From positions 217,392 to 281,391 of the forward strand of contig JAIUOD010000003.1 in assembly GCA_020161405.1 (NCBI GenBank): 64,000 nt of DNA, in the 5' to 3' direction. Made by a program: the position numbers and the translations under genes. This DNA comes from Pseudomonadota bacterium. GTDB taxonomy: Bacteria; Pseudomonadota; Alphaproteobacteria; Caulobacterales; Aquidulcibacteraceae. The notes under the pieces are model-generated. The model worked only from the letters and a program-made list of their open reading frames with translations. It searched no databases and was not told the DNA's origin. Positions 1 to 10,111 of this stretch are shown here, one piece after another (the first letter of the stretch is position 1; the number at the start of each line of letters is the position of its first letter).

Positions 1-1
1 A

Positions 2-190
2 ATGGCGGTTCTTGGCGGTGCAATGGCAAATTTATTGATTTGTCTTGTCGTATTTTTACTTGCAGGCCGCATTACCAAGGCAATGGGGCCGACCATTGCT
101 GCAATGCTAGAGCGTATTTTGGGAATCATTCTTGCGGCACTTGCGGCACAATTTGTTATAGACGGCCTTAAAGGCGCATTTCACTTATAA
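2..190 (+). CDS. MarC family membrane protein, 3' end only (cut by window edge)
   Basis: Hydrophobic C-terminus ERILGIILAALAAQFVIDGLK matches the MarC family C-terminal pattern; the ORF is open to the window start. Confidence 0.7.
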   Translation: MAVLGGAMANLLICLVVFLLAGRITKAMGPTIAAMLERILGIILAALAAQFVIDGLKGAFHL

Positions 191-201
191 GGGTTAGGAA
201 T

Positions 202-1611
202 ATGGCTGAAAATTTTGATTTAGTAGTAATTGGCGGCGGCCCTGGTGGTTATGTTGCCGCAATTCGTGCAGCACAATTAGGTATGAAAACTGCCCTTGTC
301 GAACGTGAACATTTGGGCGGTATTTGCCTAAATTGGGGATGCATTCCAACCAAAGCACTTCTTGCATCGGCTGATATTTATGAAAAAATGAACCATGCGG
401 CGGCTTTTGGCCTTTCGGTTCAAGGTGCTTCATTTGATTTAGGCAAGATTGTTGAACGTTCACGCGGCGTATCAAAACAATTATCAACTGGTGTTGGTTT
501 TCTTCTTAAAAAGAATAAGGTTACAGTTTTTGATGCTACGGCAAAACTTGTAAAAGGAATTGATGCGCCAAAGGTTATTGCGATTGCAAAAGATGGCAAG
601 CAAACTGAAATTATTGCCAAAAATGTAATCCTTGCAACTGGTGCGCGTGCGCGCACAATTCCACAGGCTGGTCTTGAACCTGATGGCAATTTAATCTGGA
701 CCTACAAAGAAGCATTAGTTCCAAATACAATGCCAAAACGCCTATTGGTTATTGGTTCTGGTGCAATCGGTATTGAATTTGCATCTTTCTTTAAAGCATT
801 GGGTGCAGAGGTTACAGTCGTCGAAGCGCTTGATCGCGTTATGCCAGTTGAAGATAAAGAAATTTCTGATTTTGCGGCAAAGCAATTCAAAAAACGTGGC
901 ATGAATATTCTTACTTCTGCCAATGTTAAAGGTTTAAAGAAAACCGCTAATGAGGTTACCGCAACAATTGAAATTGGTGGCAAAGCCCAAGAAATAACTG
1001 CCGATAGGGTGATTTTGGCGGTTGGCATTGTTGGAAATGTTGAAAATCTTGGCCTTGAAGAATTGGGTGTTAAAATTGACCGCACACATATTGTAACCGA
1101 TGGGATGGGGACAACAAATGTAAAAGGCCTTCATGCAATTGGCGATGTCGCCGGTGCACCTTGGCTTGCACATAAAGCCTCACATGAGGGTATTTCATGT
1201 GTAGAGAAAATTGCGGGCAAACACGCGCATCCAATTGATCCACGCAAAGTTCCTGGTTGTACCTATGCTACGCCGCAGGTTGCATCAGTTGGTCTAACCG
1301 AAGCAAAAGCAAAAGAATTAGGTTATGAAATTCGCGTTGGTCGCTTCCCATTTGTTGGAAATGGAAAAGCTATTGCACTTGGTGAACCTGAAGGCCTTGT
1401 AAAGACTGTTTTTGATGCGAAGACTGGCGAACTTTTGGGTGCACATATGGTTGGCGCCGAGGTAACCGAAATGATTCAAGGTTATGTAGTGGCTATGGGC
1501 CTTGAAACCACAGAAGTGCAATTAATGGATACAATATTCCCTCATCCAACATTATCAGAAATGATGCATGAATCAGTTCTTGATGCCTATGGTCGCGCGG
1601 TTCATATATAA
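202..1611 (+). CDS. lpdA: Dihydrolipoyl dehydrogenase (E3)
   Basis: FAD motif GGGPGGYVAA, redox disulfide GGICLNWGCIPTK, NAD motif GSGAIG, C-terminal HPTLSE. Confidence 0.97.
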   Translation: MAENFDLVVIGGGPGGYVAAIRAAQLGMKTALVEREHLGGICLNWGCIPTKALLASADIYEKMNHAAAFGLSVQGASFDLGKIVERSRGVSKQLSTGVGFLLKKNKVTVFDATAKLVKGIDAPKVIAIAKDGKQTEIIAKNVILATGARARTIPQAGLEPDGNLIWTYKEALVPNTMPKRLLVIGSGAIGIEFASFFKALGAEVTVVEALDRVMPVEDKEISDFAAKQFKKRGMNILTSANVKGLKKTANEVTATIEIGGKAQEITADRVILAVGIVGNVENLGLEELGVKIDRTHIVTDGMGTTNVKGLHAIGDVAGAPWLAHKASHEGISCVEKIAGKHAHPIDPRKVPGCTYATPQVASVGLTEAKAKELGYEIRVGRFPFVGNGKAIALGEPEGLVKTVFDAKTGELLGAHMVGAEVTEMIQGYVVAMGLETTEVQLMDTIFPHPTLSEMMHESVLDAYGRAVHI

Positions 1612-1780
1612 TTGTAAATTAAATTCAATTTAATCTTACGCCGCTTGGCTTGTTTGATAAAATCTGCCAATAGAACAATGTGATTTGTGTGCGCAAAATG
1701 TTGTGTTTTGCGCATAGCTGGATTGATGCATGGCTTGGTTTAGTCTAAGCCATTGCAAACAACATTTTGGAGCTTTTGTT

Positions 1781-2815
1781 TTGACTGATTTATTGCGTGA
1801 GGCCGAAGAAGAAATTCGCCGCGAAACTATTGAAGGGACTGCTAAGAAAGCAGCGCCATTCTTTATTGGTGCTATTATTCTTGCGCTTATTACGGGTGGC
1901 GCATTCCAAGTATGGCGCAATAATCAAGATAAAGCACGTGAGCAGGCTTCATTAGATTATTATGCTGCTATGGAAAAACTTAAATCAGGTGATTTGGATG
2001 GCGGCATAAAAGCTTTGGATGAATTATCTAAACACGCGCCAAAAGGTTTTGCCACATTGGCGGCAATCCAAAAAGCAGATGTGATTCAAGAAAAAGGTGA
2101 TGCCGCAAACGCACTCGCTGCTTTTGATGCTGCGGCGAATATGGCGTCTGACGCTGATTTAAAGGCGATGGCGCAAATGCGTGCTGCTTATATTGCTGCT
2201 GATCTTGAAACACGTGAAAAATTAAATGCACGTCTTGACCCTATTATTAAAGCTAATAATTCGCTTACGCCTTTGGCACGTGAATTAAAGGCGGCGGCTG
2301 CATGGTATGCAAAAGATTATAAAGCAGCCAAGGATGAATATAGCCTTTTGCAAATTGATCCAAATGCCCCAGAAGGTGTTCGTCAACGGGCAGGGCAAGC
2401 ATCGGCAATTATCGATGCACAAGCTGAAATCGCACCTGATTTAATGGAGATTCCAAATCAAAATGGTCAAGAAGGCGCACAACCTTCTGTTGAAGGTGCT
2501 GCCAATGCGCAAGCTGGCGCGCCACCAAAGGGTGTGGAAATTGGCCCTGATGGTAAGCGTATTGTTCGCCTTCCACCTGGTGTTAAATTACCCCCTGGAA
2601 CAAAAATTCCGCCTGATGTTCGCGTAATCGAAACGCCATTGCCACCAGAGCAAGCAGCTAAAATGCAAGCGCAACAAAATGCGGCCAAAGCTGGTTTACA
2701 AAAACAAATTGAAGAGCAGCGCAAAAAAGCAATGGAACAAGAAAAAGCTGTTACCAAGGCTCAACAAGATAAAGTTGATGAAATTGCCAATGCGTCAAGC
2801 GGTACAAAACAATAA
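1781..2815 (+). CDS. YfgM-like single-TM TPR protein with a long C-terminal extension
   Basis: Likely TTG start at 1781 after GGAG (1769-1772), giving (M)TDLLREAEEEIRRE, the typical alphaproteobacterial start. One TM helix, then TPR-like helices; sits before bamB-der as usual. The ORF track start at 1730 is probably too early. Confidence 0.75.
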   Translation: MTDLLREAEEEIRRETIEGTAKKAAPFFIGAIILALITGGAFQVWRNNQDKAREQASLDYYAAMEKLKSGDLDGGIKALDELSKHAPKGFATLAAIQKADVIQEKGDAANALAAFDAAANMASDADLKAMAQMRAAYIAADLETREKLNARLDPIIKANNSLTPLARELKAAAAWYAKDYKAAKDEYSLLQIDPNAPEGVRQRAGQASAIIDAQAEIAPDLMEIPNQNGQEGAQPSVEGAANAQAGAPPKGVEIGPDGKRIVRLPPGVKLPPGTKIPPDVRVIETPLPPEQAAKMQAQQNAAKAGLQKQIEEQRKKAMEQEKAVTKAQQDKVDEIANASSGTKQ

Positions 2816-2832
2816 TTGATTGGGTGTTTAAT

Positions 2833-4206
2833 ATGAAAAAAATCAAAATTTCACCTTTTATTTTGGCAATTGCTGCGACATTTGCATTATCTTCATGCGC
2901 AAGTGTTCGTGAAAAAATCCCCTTCATGCGCGATAAAGATGAAGGTGGCTCAAAAGCGCCAAAAGATGGTCGTATTGCAGTTTTGGGCATTGATAATGAA
3001 ATTAAAGTTGACGAAGTAACAAAAGATTTAAAAGTTACAATTCCTGATGCTGTTGATGTTTCTGATTGGCATCTTTCGGGCGGAAATGGCGCGAATGACA
3101 TTCAAAATCTTAAAGGCGATGGTAAAATTGGTCTTTTATGGACACGTAAAATTGGCGCTTCCTCTACAGCAGCAAATGGTATTATTGCGCCGCCAATTAT
3201 TGATAATAACGTAATTTATACAATCGATGGTAATTTCAGTGTTCATGCAAGTGATATAACAAATGGCAAAAGCATATGGTCACGTCATTTTGCAAAATCT
3301 GGTAAAAAAGGTTGGTTCTCTCATTCATTCCAAGCAATGGGTGGCGGTCTTGCGTTTAATAATGGTAAATTATTTTTAGCGTCTGGCTTTGGTGAAATAA
3401 TTGCACTTGATGCAAAGAATGGGCAGACAATTTGGACTTTGGGCACTAATTCACCTGTCCATTCTGCACCAATTGTTTCTGGCGGAAAAGTTTATGCGGT
3501 TTCTGTTGATAGTGTTTTATGGGCAGTAGATGAAAATACAGGCGAAAGCGCTTGGACACAAAGTTCGCTTCCTGAAAGTGCGCGCGTTCTTTCAAGCCCA
3601 TCATCAGCCATTAGTGGTGAAACAATTGTAACACCTTTCGCGTCTGGCGAAATTATTGCAAGCCTTGTTTCAAATGGCCGCAAACTTTGGAGTGAGGGTT
3701 TAACACGTGCAGGTTCTGGCACTTCTTTAAGTTCAATTAATGATATTGCAGGTCGCCCAGTTATTCATTCAGGCGTTGTATATGCAGGTTCGCAATCAGG
3801 TATTGTTGCCGCAATTGATTTGCGTACTGGCGTTAAAATTTGGGATAAAGAAATTCCAACAATTCAAACCCCTTGGATAGCAGGTGATTTTATTTTCGTA
3901 GTTTCTACAGATTCAAAAGTATATTGTATGAAACGTGAAGATGGCGCAGTTGTTTGGATTAAACAACTTGATGCTTATAAAAACGAAAAGAAACGTAAAA
4001 ACCGCATCATGTGGACAGGTCCAGTAATCATTGCTGGCAATTTAGTTCTTGGCTCTACTGAGGGGACAATTTTGGAATTAAATCCGCAAGATGGTAATAT
4101 TATAAACAGCTTTAAAACTAGAGCTAACTTCACAATTACACCTGCTTACAAAGATGGTGTTTTATATTATATGTCAACCGATGGCGTTTTAGTTGCGGTA
4201 AAATAG
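2833..4206 (+). CDS. bamB: Outer-membrane assembly lipoprotein BamB (PQQ-like beta-propeller)
   Basis: Lipobox FALSSC; repeated A-x-D-x-x-x-G-x-x-x-W propeller blades; yfgM-bamB-der synteny. ATG at 2833 preferred to GTG at 2824. Confidence 0.85.
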   Translation: MKKIKISPFILAIAATFALSSCASVREKIPFMRDKDEGGSKAPKDGRIAVLGIDNEIKVDEVTKDLKVTIPDAVDVSDWHLSGGNGANDIQNLKGDGKIGLLWTRKIGASSTAANGIIAPPIIDNNVIYTIDGNFSVHASDITNGKSIWSRHFAKSGKKGWFSHSFQAMGGGLAFNNGKLFLASGFGEIIALDAKNGQTIWTLGTNSPVHSAPIVSGGKVYAVSVDSVLWAVDENTGESAWTQSSLPESARVLSSPSSAISGETIVTPFASGEIIASLVSNGRKLWSEGLTRAGSGTSLSSINDIAGRPVIHSGVVYAGSQSGIVAAIDLRTGVKIWDKEIPTIQTPWIAGDFIFVVSTDSKVYCMKREDGAVVWIKQLDAYKNEKKRKNRIMWTGPVIIAGNLVLGSTEGTILELNPQDGNIINSFKTRANFTITPAYKDGVLYYMSTDGVLVAVK

Positions 4207-4215
4207 GCTTATTAA

Positions 4216-5742
4216 ATGGCAATTAAAACTGCAATCGTTGGAAGACCAAATGTAGGTAAATCTACTTTATTTAATCGCCTTGCGGGCAGGAAGCTTGCGA
4301 TTGTCGATGACATGCCAGGTGTAACGCGCGACAGGCGTGAAGCAAAAGGTCGTCTTGGCGATTTAGATTTATTATTAATAGATACCGCAGGCTTTGAAGA
4401 AATTGATGATGAAAGCCTTGAAGCGCGTATGCGCGAACAAACGATTGCGGCAGTTGAAGAAGCTGAAATATGCTTATTTGTTGTTGATGCAAGGTCTGGT
4501 GTTACGCCATTGGATGAAACCTTTGCAACAATTTTAAGAAAATCAACCAAACCTGTTATCCTTCTTGCAAATAAAGCTGAGGGAAAAGCCACTGAAAATG
4601 GCGTTTTAGAGGCCTATTCACTTGGTTTTGGGGAGCCGATTGGAATTTCTGCCGAACATGGTGAAGGGATGGGGGATGTCTATTCCGAATTCCTAAAAAT
4701 CCTTGGTGAGCGCGCAGCACCTGATTTGGGTTTTGGTGAAGATGAAGATAACCCGCCATTAAGACTTGCGATAATTGGGCGCCCTAATGCGGGCAAATCC
4801 ACTTTAATCAATGCTCTTATTGGCGAAGATAGGCTTATTACAGGCGCAGAAGCGGGGATTACACGCGATTCAATCGGTATTGATTGGGAAGATAATGGAA
4901 CACGTATTCGCCTTGTTGATACTGCGGGTATGCGCAAAAAATCGCGTGTTCAAGAAAAATTAGAGGTTTTATCGGTTGCCGATACAATTCGTGCAATTCG
5001 TTTTGCTGAAATCTGCTTTGTTGTTATGGGTGCGGATGAGGCGTTTGAAAAACAAGATTTACAAATTGCGGATCTTGTTGCCCGTGAAGGCCGTGGCCTT
5101 GTTTATGTAATTACAAAATGGGATGCGGTTGAAAATCCTGAAGCGCGAATGAAGGAATTGGTGGCAAAATCTGAAAAAGCATTGCCAGAACTTCGTGGTG
5201 CGCCAATGATTGTTGTTTCTTCTTTGACTGGTATGGGGCTTGAACGATTAATCCCTGCGGCAAAAGAAGTCCATGAAGATTGGAATGCGCGCATTAAAAC
5301 CCGCGACTTAAATGATTGGCTGCGTGAGGCAATTGCCAAACAACCGCCACCTGCGGTCGAAGGTAAGCGCATTAAGCCAAAATATATTTCGCAAATTAAA
5401 GCGCGCCCGCCAACTTTTGTTTTATTGGCAAATCGTGCAGCAGCTTTACCTGAAACTTATGTTCGTTATTTGACGAATGGTATTCGCGTGGCATTTGATA
5501 TGCCTGCTGTGCCTTTACGTTTCTTTGTGCGTGCGCCGAAAAATCCATTTGTTGATGGTGTAGAAGAAAAGCCAAAATATCAAAGCAACACAAAAGCGCC
5601 AATGATTCCAAAACTGGAGAAACCAAAGCAAGAGCGAACAAGGAAGATTTCAAATCCTAAAAAAGCACTTGCGGCGAAAAAATTGGCGACCGGTAAGAAT
5701 AAAAAATATTCAAATAATCCAGGCAAAAGACCTTTCAAATAA
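4216..5742 (+). CDS. der: Ribosome biogenesis GTPase Der (EngA)
   Basis: Two G domains (GRPNVGKS/DTAG/NKAE and GRPNAGKS/DTAG/TKWD) plus a KH-like C-terminal domain. Confidence 0.98.
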   Translation: MAIKTAIVGRPNVGKSTLFNRLAGRKLAIVDDMPGVTRDRREAKGRLGDLDLLLIDTAGFEEIDDESLEARMREQTIAAVEEAEICLFVVDARSGVTPLDETFATILRKSTKPVILLANKAEGKATENGVLEAYSLGFGEPIGISAEHGEGMGDVYSEFLKILGERAAPDLGFGEDEDNPPLRLAIIGRPNAGKSTLINALIGEDRLITGAEAGITRDSIGIDWEDNGTRIRLVDTAGMRKKSRVQEKLEVLSVADTIRAIRFAEICFVVMGADEAFEKQDLQIADLVAREGRGLVYVITKWDAVENPEARMKELVAKSEKALPELRGAPMIVVSSLTGMGLERLIPAAKEVHEDWNARIKTRDLNDWLREAIAKQPPPAVEGKRIKPKYISQIKARPPTFVLLANRAAALPETYVRYLTNGIRVAFDMPAVPLRFFVRAPKNPFVDGVEEKPKYQSNTKAPMIPKLEKPKQERTRKISNPKKALAAKKLATGKNKKYSNNPGKRPFK

Positions 5743-5764
5743 AATTATTATTCTGCTTTTGGTT

Positions 5765-6502
5765 TTAAAGTCCAAGTGCTTTAAAATGTTCTGTTTCGCG
5801 GAAGCTTATGATTTTGCCATTTAGGGCTTTATCGCGTGTGGGTGACATTAATTCCAAAATCATTGTTCCCAAATCTGCTGGTTTTGGTAGGTTCGAAAAA
5901 TCTTCACCAGGGAATGCTTTTCGGCGCATACCAGTTGCAACACCGCCAGGGTCAAGGATTGTGGCAACTATATTAGTGCTGGCGTTTTCCAATGCCCATG
6001 CCTGAACCATTGCGTTTACACCTGCTTTTGATGCACCATAAATCCCCCAATTTGCGCGTGGATTAGTGCCAACCGATGAGGTCAAAAAAATTGCACGCCC
6101 ATTTGGTGCCATTTGCAATAAAGGCGACATTGAAGCGATAAGGCGATAGGTTGCAACAAGGTTCACATCAATAATCCCTTGCGCTTCACGTGGTGTTACG
6201 TGTGCAATTGGGGTTAAATCGCCCAAAGTTGCGCCACAATGGATAAGACCATCAAGCTTTTTATAACGTTCAAATAAAGCGCCGCCAAGCCTATCAATAC
6301 CTGCGCCATCTTTTAAATCAAGCGGAACAATTGTTGCATTCTCTCCTGTTAATTTGACGATTTCATCGTCTAATTCTTCAAGTTTTTCTTGGCGTCTTGC
6401 GGTTGCAATAACATGATAGCCAGCGCGCGCCATAATCAAACATGCAGCACGTCCGATACCTTGGGTTGCACCAGTTACTAAAACAATTGGTTTATCGCTC
6501 AT
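5765..6502 (-). CDS. Short-chain dehydrogenase/reductase (YciK-like)
   Basis: TGATQGIG, YGASK catalytic motif; customary position downstream of purF. Confidence 0.9.
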   Translation of the reverse strand: MSDKPIVLVTGATQGIGRAACLIMARAGYHVIATARRQEKLEELDDEIVKLTGENATIVPLDLKDGAGIDRLGGALFERYKKLDGLIHCGATLGDLTPIAHVTPREAQGIIDVNLVATYRLIASMSPLLQMAPNGRAIFLTSSVGTNPRANWGIYGASKAGVNAMVQAWALENASTNIVATILDPGGVATGMRRKAFPGEDFSNLPKPADLGTMILELMSPTRDKALNGKIISFRETEHFKALGL

Positions 6503-7993
6503 TTATGCCTCTACAAGGAAGGATAATTGCGTCATTTTATCTGATTGCGAATTATCTTGGTCTACAAGGCGGGTTGGATATTCGCCAGTGAAACAATGAT
6601 CCGTGAATTGTGGGTTTGTATTGTTACGTGCTTCTTCACCCAATGCCCAATAAAGCCCTTCAACTGATAAGAAACCAAGGGAATCAACCCCAAGCTCCTT
6701 AGTCATCTCCTCTAGGCTCATGCGGGCAGCCATTAATGAATCTCTATCTGGCATATCAATGCCATAAAAATCAGGCCATTCAATACGTGGGCTTGCAGAT
6801 CTAAAATGAACTTCGGTTGCGCCTGCTTCACGAACTAATTGAACAATTTTCTTGGATGTAGTGCCGCGAACAATTGAATCATCAACCAAAATAACGCGTT
6901 TCCCAGCAAGCACGGCCTTATTGCCCGCATGCTTACGTTTTACACCTAATGATCTTGTAAGTTGGGTTGGTTCAATGAATGTGCGCCCAACATAATGATT
7001 GCGAATAATTCCTAAATCATAAGGAATGCCAGAGCTTTCGGCATATCCAAGTGCCGCAGGGACGCCAGAATCAGGAACGGGAACAACAATATCAGCCTCA
7101 ACGGCAGTATCTTTTGCAAGGCGCATACCCATGCGTTTACGAACGTCATAAACCGATTTGCCGCCAAGAATTGAATCAGGGCGCGCAAAATATACAAATT
7201 CAAAAGCGCATGGTCTTGCTTTGCGTTTGCCAAACGGGAAATGGCTTTCAATCTTGCCGCCTGAAATTACAACGATTTCACCGGCTTCAACTTCACGAAT
7301 ATATTCGGCACCAATCATATCAAGGGCACAGGTTTCAGATGCAAGTACATAAGAACCTTTTAAATCACCCAAAACTAAAGGACGAATACCATTTGGGTCA
7401 CGTGCACCAATAAGTTTGTTTTTGGTTAGGCATACAAGTGCATAAGCACCCTCAACTTGAGTAAGTGCATCAATTAATCTTGCTACAACTTTTGGCGCTT
7501 TTGAGCGGGCAATTAATTGTAAAAAAACCTCGGAATCCGAGGTTGATTGGAAGATAGCGCCAGATTGTACACAATGTTCACGTAGCGCACGTGCATTGGT
7601 TAAATTGCCATTATGGGCGATTGCAATTCCACCATGAGATAGGTCGGCAAAAAGTGGCTGCACATTTCTTAAAATCGTTCCGCCTTGGGTTGCGTAGCGG
7701 ACATGGCCGATTGCATTGCATCCAGGTAGGCGTTGTGGCAAATCTGCCTGTGTGAAATGATCACCAACAAGGCCAAGGTGGCGCTCATTATAAAATAATT
7801 GCCCGTCAAAAGTTGCGATGCCACAACCCTCTTGACCACGATGTTGTAAGGCATGAAGCCCAAGTGCAGTGATTACAGCGGCTTCTTCATTTCCTGCAAT
7901 GCCAAAAACGCCGCATTCTTCGCGTAATTTATCGGCATCGGGGTCGAACCAATCAATGTCGTCATGGCTTACAATATTGGCATTATTTGTCAT
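6503..7993 (-). CDS. purF: Amidophosphoribosyltransferase
   Basis: Propeptide then EECGVFG, LQHRGQE, GHVRY, PRPP loop VDDSIVRGTT. Likely ATG at 7993; the 8089 start overlaps cvpA. Confidence 0.98.
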   Translation of the reverse strand: MTNNANIVSHDDIDWFDPDADKLREECGVFGIAGNEEAAVITALGLHALQHRGQEGCGIATFDGQLFYNERHLGLVGDHFTQADLPQRLPGCNAIGHVRYATQGGTILRNVQPLFADLSHGGIAIAHNGNLTNARALREHCVQSGAIFQSTSDSEVFLQLIARSKAPKVVARLIDALTQVEGAYALVCLTKNKLIGARDPNGIRPLVLGDLKGSYVLASETCALDMIGAEYIREVEAGEIVVISGGKIESHFPFGKRKARPCAFEFVYFARPDSILGGKSVYDVRKRMGMRLAKDTAVEADIVVPVPDSGVPAALGYAESSGIPYDLGIIRNHYVGRTFIEPTQLTRSLGVKRKHAGNKAVLAGKRVILVDDSIVRGTTSKKIVQLVREAGATEVHFRSASPRIEWPDFYGIDMPDRDSLMAARMSLEEMTKELGVDSLGFLSVEGLYWALGEEARNNTNPQFTDHCFTGEYPTRLVDQDNSQSDKMTQLSFLVEA

Positions 7994-8690
7994 TAGTTTT
8001 CTCAATTTTAAGGGCGTTTTTGGAAACAGGTTTTTTTTCAGTCTTTGAAGTTTCTTTTTGCGTTGAAACTTCATTTTCAGGCGCGTCAAAAGTTGGTGCT
8101 TGACCTGAACTTATGGCATTGGTTGCATCTTGTAACATTTGGGCATTGTCGTGCCATTTTGCAACTTCTTCGCCTGCTGTTGCGGCATTTTTGGCAAGGT
8201 CTGTCGCGCTTTTTGTTGCGCTTGGGGTAAAGGCTTTGATGCCTTCAGCAGTTATTGCAAGGAAAGGGTATAAATGCGCCTCGGTAATAAATTTTGGGCG
8301 CATTTCTTTTTTTGCAACGGAATTTAATAATAAAACAGGAATGGCAGCAATTATAAAACCACGTGCAACACCAAATAAAATGCCTGCACTTCTATCTAAA
8401 ATGCCAAGAGGTTCAGAATCATGAACCCATTCATGGATACGCCCAGTTAGAACACGAACCGCAATATAAACCAAAAGGAAAATACCAACAACAGTAGTAG
8501 TATCAGCAACCCAATTTGGTTGTAACATGCCACGCACTGCCTCACGAAATGCAGGTAATCCCCAAACGGCGGCTAAAACACCAACAACTAAAGCTGCCAT
8601 CGAAAGTAATTCACGCACAAAACCACGCGCAAAAGCAAGTAATGCAGATATGCCAACTATTATTAAGACCAGAATGTCAAAGCCATTCAT
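7983..8690 (-). CDS. cvpA: CvpA (colicin V production) family membrane protein
   Basis: MNGFD...RGFVRELLS, LDRSAGILFGVARG; radA-cvpA-purF synteny. Confidence 0.9.
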   Translation of the reverse strand: MNGFDILVLIIVGISALLAFARGFVRELLSMAALVVGVLAAVWGLPAFREAVRGMLQPNWVADTTTVVGIFLLVYIAVRVLTGRIHEWVHDSEPLGILDRSAGILFGVARGFIIAAIPVLLLNSVAKKEMRPKFITEAHLYPFLAITAEGIKAFTPSATKSATDLAKNAATAGEEVAKWHDNAQMLQDATNAISSGQAPTFDAPENEVSTQKETSKTEKKPVSKNALKIEKTNDK

Positions 8691-8705
8691 TAATTTTGCC
8701 CGTTT

Positions 8706-10097
8706 CTAATCAGTTTGCACGGTTTCACCCGTAATAATTTGAACCAAATCCTGAATTCGCGAAATCTCTTTTGCCTTTAGCTCTAAACTGTTTTGGTTTC
8801 TAGTGGCATTAGCGATAAGTGGTGGAATTATACCACTTATAAACCCAAGTTTTTCAGCTTCTTTTAAACGCGCATCAGCACGCGGAACATTTCTTACATC
8901 CCCAGATAAAGCAATTTCACCAAAAAGCACCGTTTCATCGGGAATTGCACAATCTGAAATTGCCGATATTAATGCCGCTGCAAATGCCAAATCAGCCGCT
9001 GGTTCGGTTATTTTCATACCGCCCGCAACATTAAGATAAATATCATGCCCGCCAAAGGCGATGCCGCAACGCGTTTCAATAACTGCCAATATCATTGCAA
9101 GGCGCGCACTATCCCAACCAACAACGGCGCGCCTTGGGCTGCCAAAGGCGGTTTTGGCGGCAAGCGCCTGTATTTCAACTAAAATCGGGCGTGTGCCTTC
9201 AAGGCCTGCGAAAACGCAAGAACCTGATTGGCCTTTTGTGCGTTCATTAATGAATAATGCCGAAGGGTTTGGAACTTCTTGAAGGCCGGCCCCAACCATT
9301 TCAAAAACGCCAATTTCATCGGTTGCGCCAAAGCGATTCTTTAAACCGCGAAGAATTCTAAAATGATGCCCTCGTTCGCCTTCAAATTGTAAAACAGCAT
9401 CCACCAAATGTTCAACCACTCTTGGGCCCGCGATTTGGCCATCTTTGGTTACGTGGCCAACCAAAATCAATGCAGTATTGTGGGTTTTGCAATAACGCAC
9501 CAATTCATGTGCGCATGTTCGAACTTGGCTTACAGTGCCTGGGGCGGCGGGGATTGTATCAGTCCATAGTGTTTGGATTGAATCAATTATTGCAATATCG
9601 GGCTTTTTTTCTTTTAATGCGGCAAGAATATTTGATAATTCGGTTTCAATTGCCAAATCAACTTTGGCATCAGATATTCCAAGCCTTTGGGCGCGGCCTT
9701 GAATTTGTGCGGCGCTTTCCTCACCGGAAATATATAATGCTTTTACGCCATTTTTGGCGGCGCTTGCAGTGATTTGAAGTAATAGAGTTGATTTGCCAAT
9801 TCCGGGGTCGCCGCCCAAAAGAATCGCACTAGCAGGTACAAGGCCACCACCACATACCCTATCAAATTCATTATTATTGGTTTTAATCCGACTGGGGACG
9901 TCACTTACATGTGATAAATCGGTGAATTCAATTTTGCTTTTATGCCCCTTTTTGTTTCCAATTGCATGAGAAGTTGGGGAAAGGGCGGCTTCTTCGCTTA
10001 AAGTGTTCCAACTTCCGCAATCATCACAGCGCCCTTGCCATTTTTTATAAATGGCGCCGCAAGATTGGCATGTAAATTGAACTTCAGATTTAGCCAT
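8706..10097 (-). CDS. radA: DNA repair protein RadA/Sms
   Basis: C4 zinc finger, GDPGIGKST, KNRFG motif, Lon-like C-terminal domain. Confidence 0.98.
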   Translation of the reverse strand: MAKSEVQFTCQSCGAIYKKWQGRCDDCGSWNTLSEEAALSPTSHAIGNKKGHKSKIEFTDLSHVSDVPSRIKTNNNEFDRVCGGGLVPASAILLGGDPGIGKSTLLLQITASAAKNGVKALYISGEESAAQIQGRAQRLGISDAKVDLAIETELSNILAALKEKKPDIAIIDSIQTLWTDTIPAAPGTVSQVRTCAHELVRYCKTHNTALILVGHVTKDGQIAGPRVVEHLVDAVLQFEGERGHHFRILRGLKNRFGATDEIGVFEMVGAGLQEVPNPSALFINERTKGQSGSCVFAGLEGTRPILVEIQALAAKTAFGSPRRAVVGWDSARLAMILAVIETRCGIAFGGHDIYLNVAGGMKITEPAADLAFAAALISAISDCAIPDETVLFGEIALSGDVRNVPRADARLKEAEKLGFISGIIPPLIANATRNQNSLELKAKEISRIQDLVQIITGETVQTD

Positions 10098-10111
10098 TAA
10101 TCACTCTTAAA

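Noticed and set aside
7994-8089. Extended purF start at 8089 and blc start at 61947 in the ORF track
   Set aside because: Both run deep into the upstream gene in another frame; the downstream ATGs give normal N-termini.
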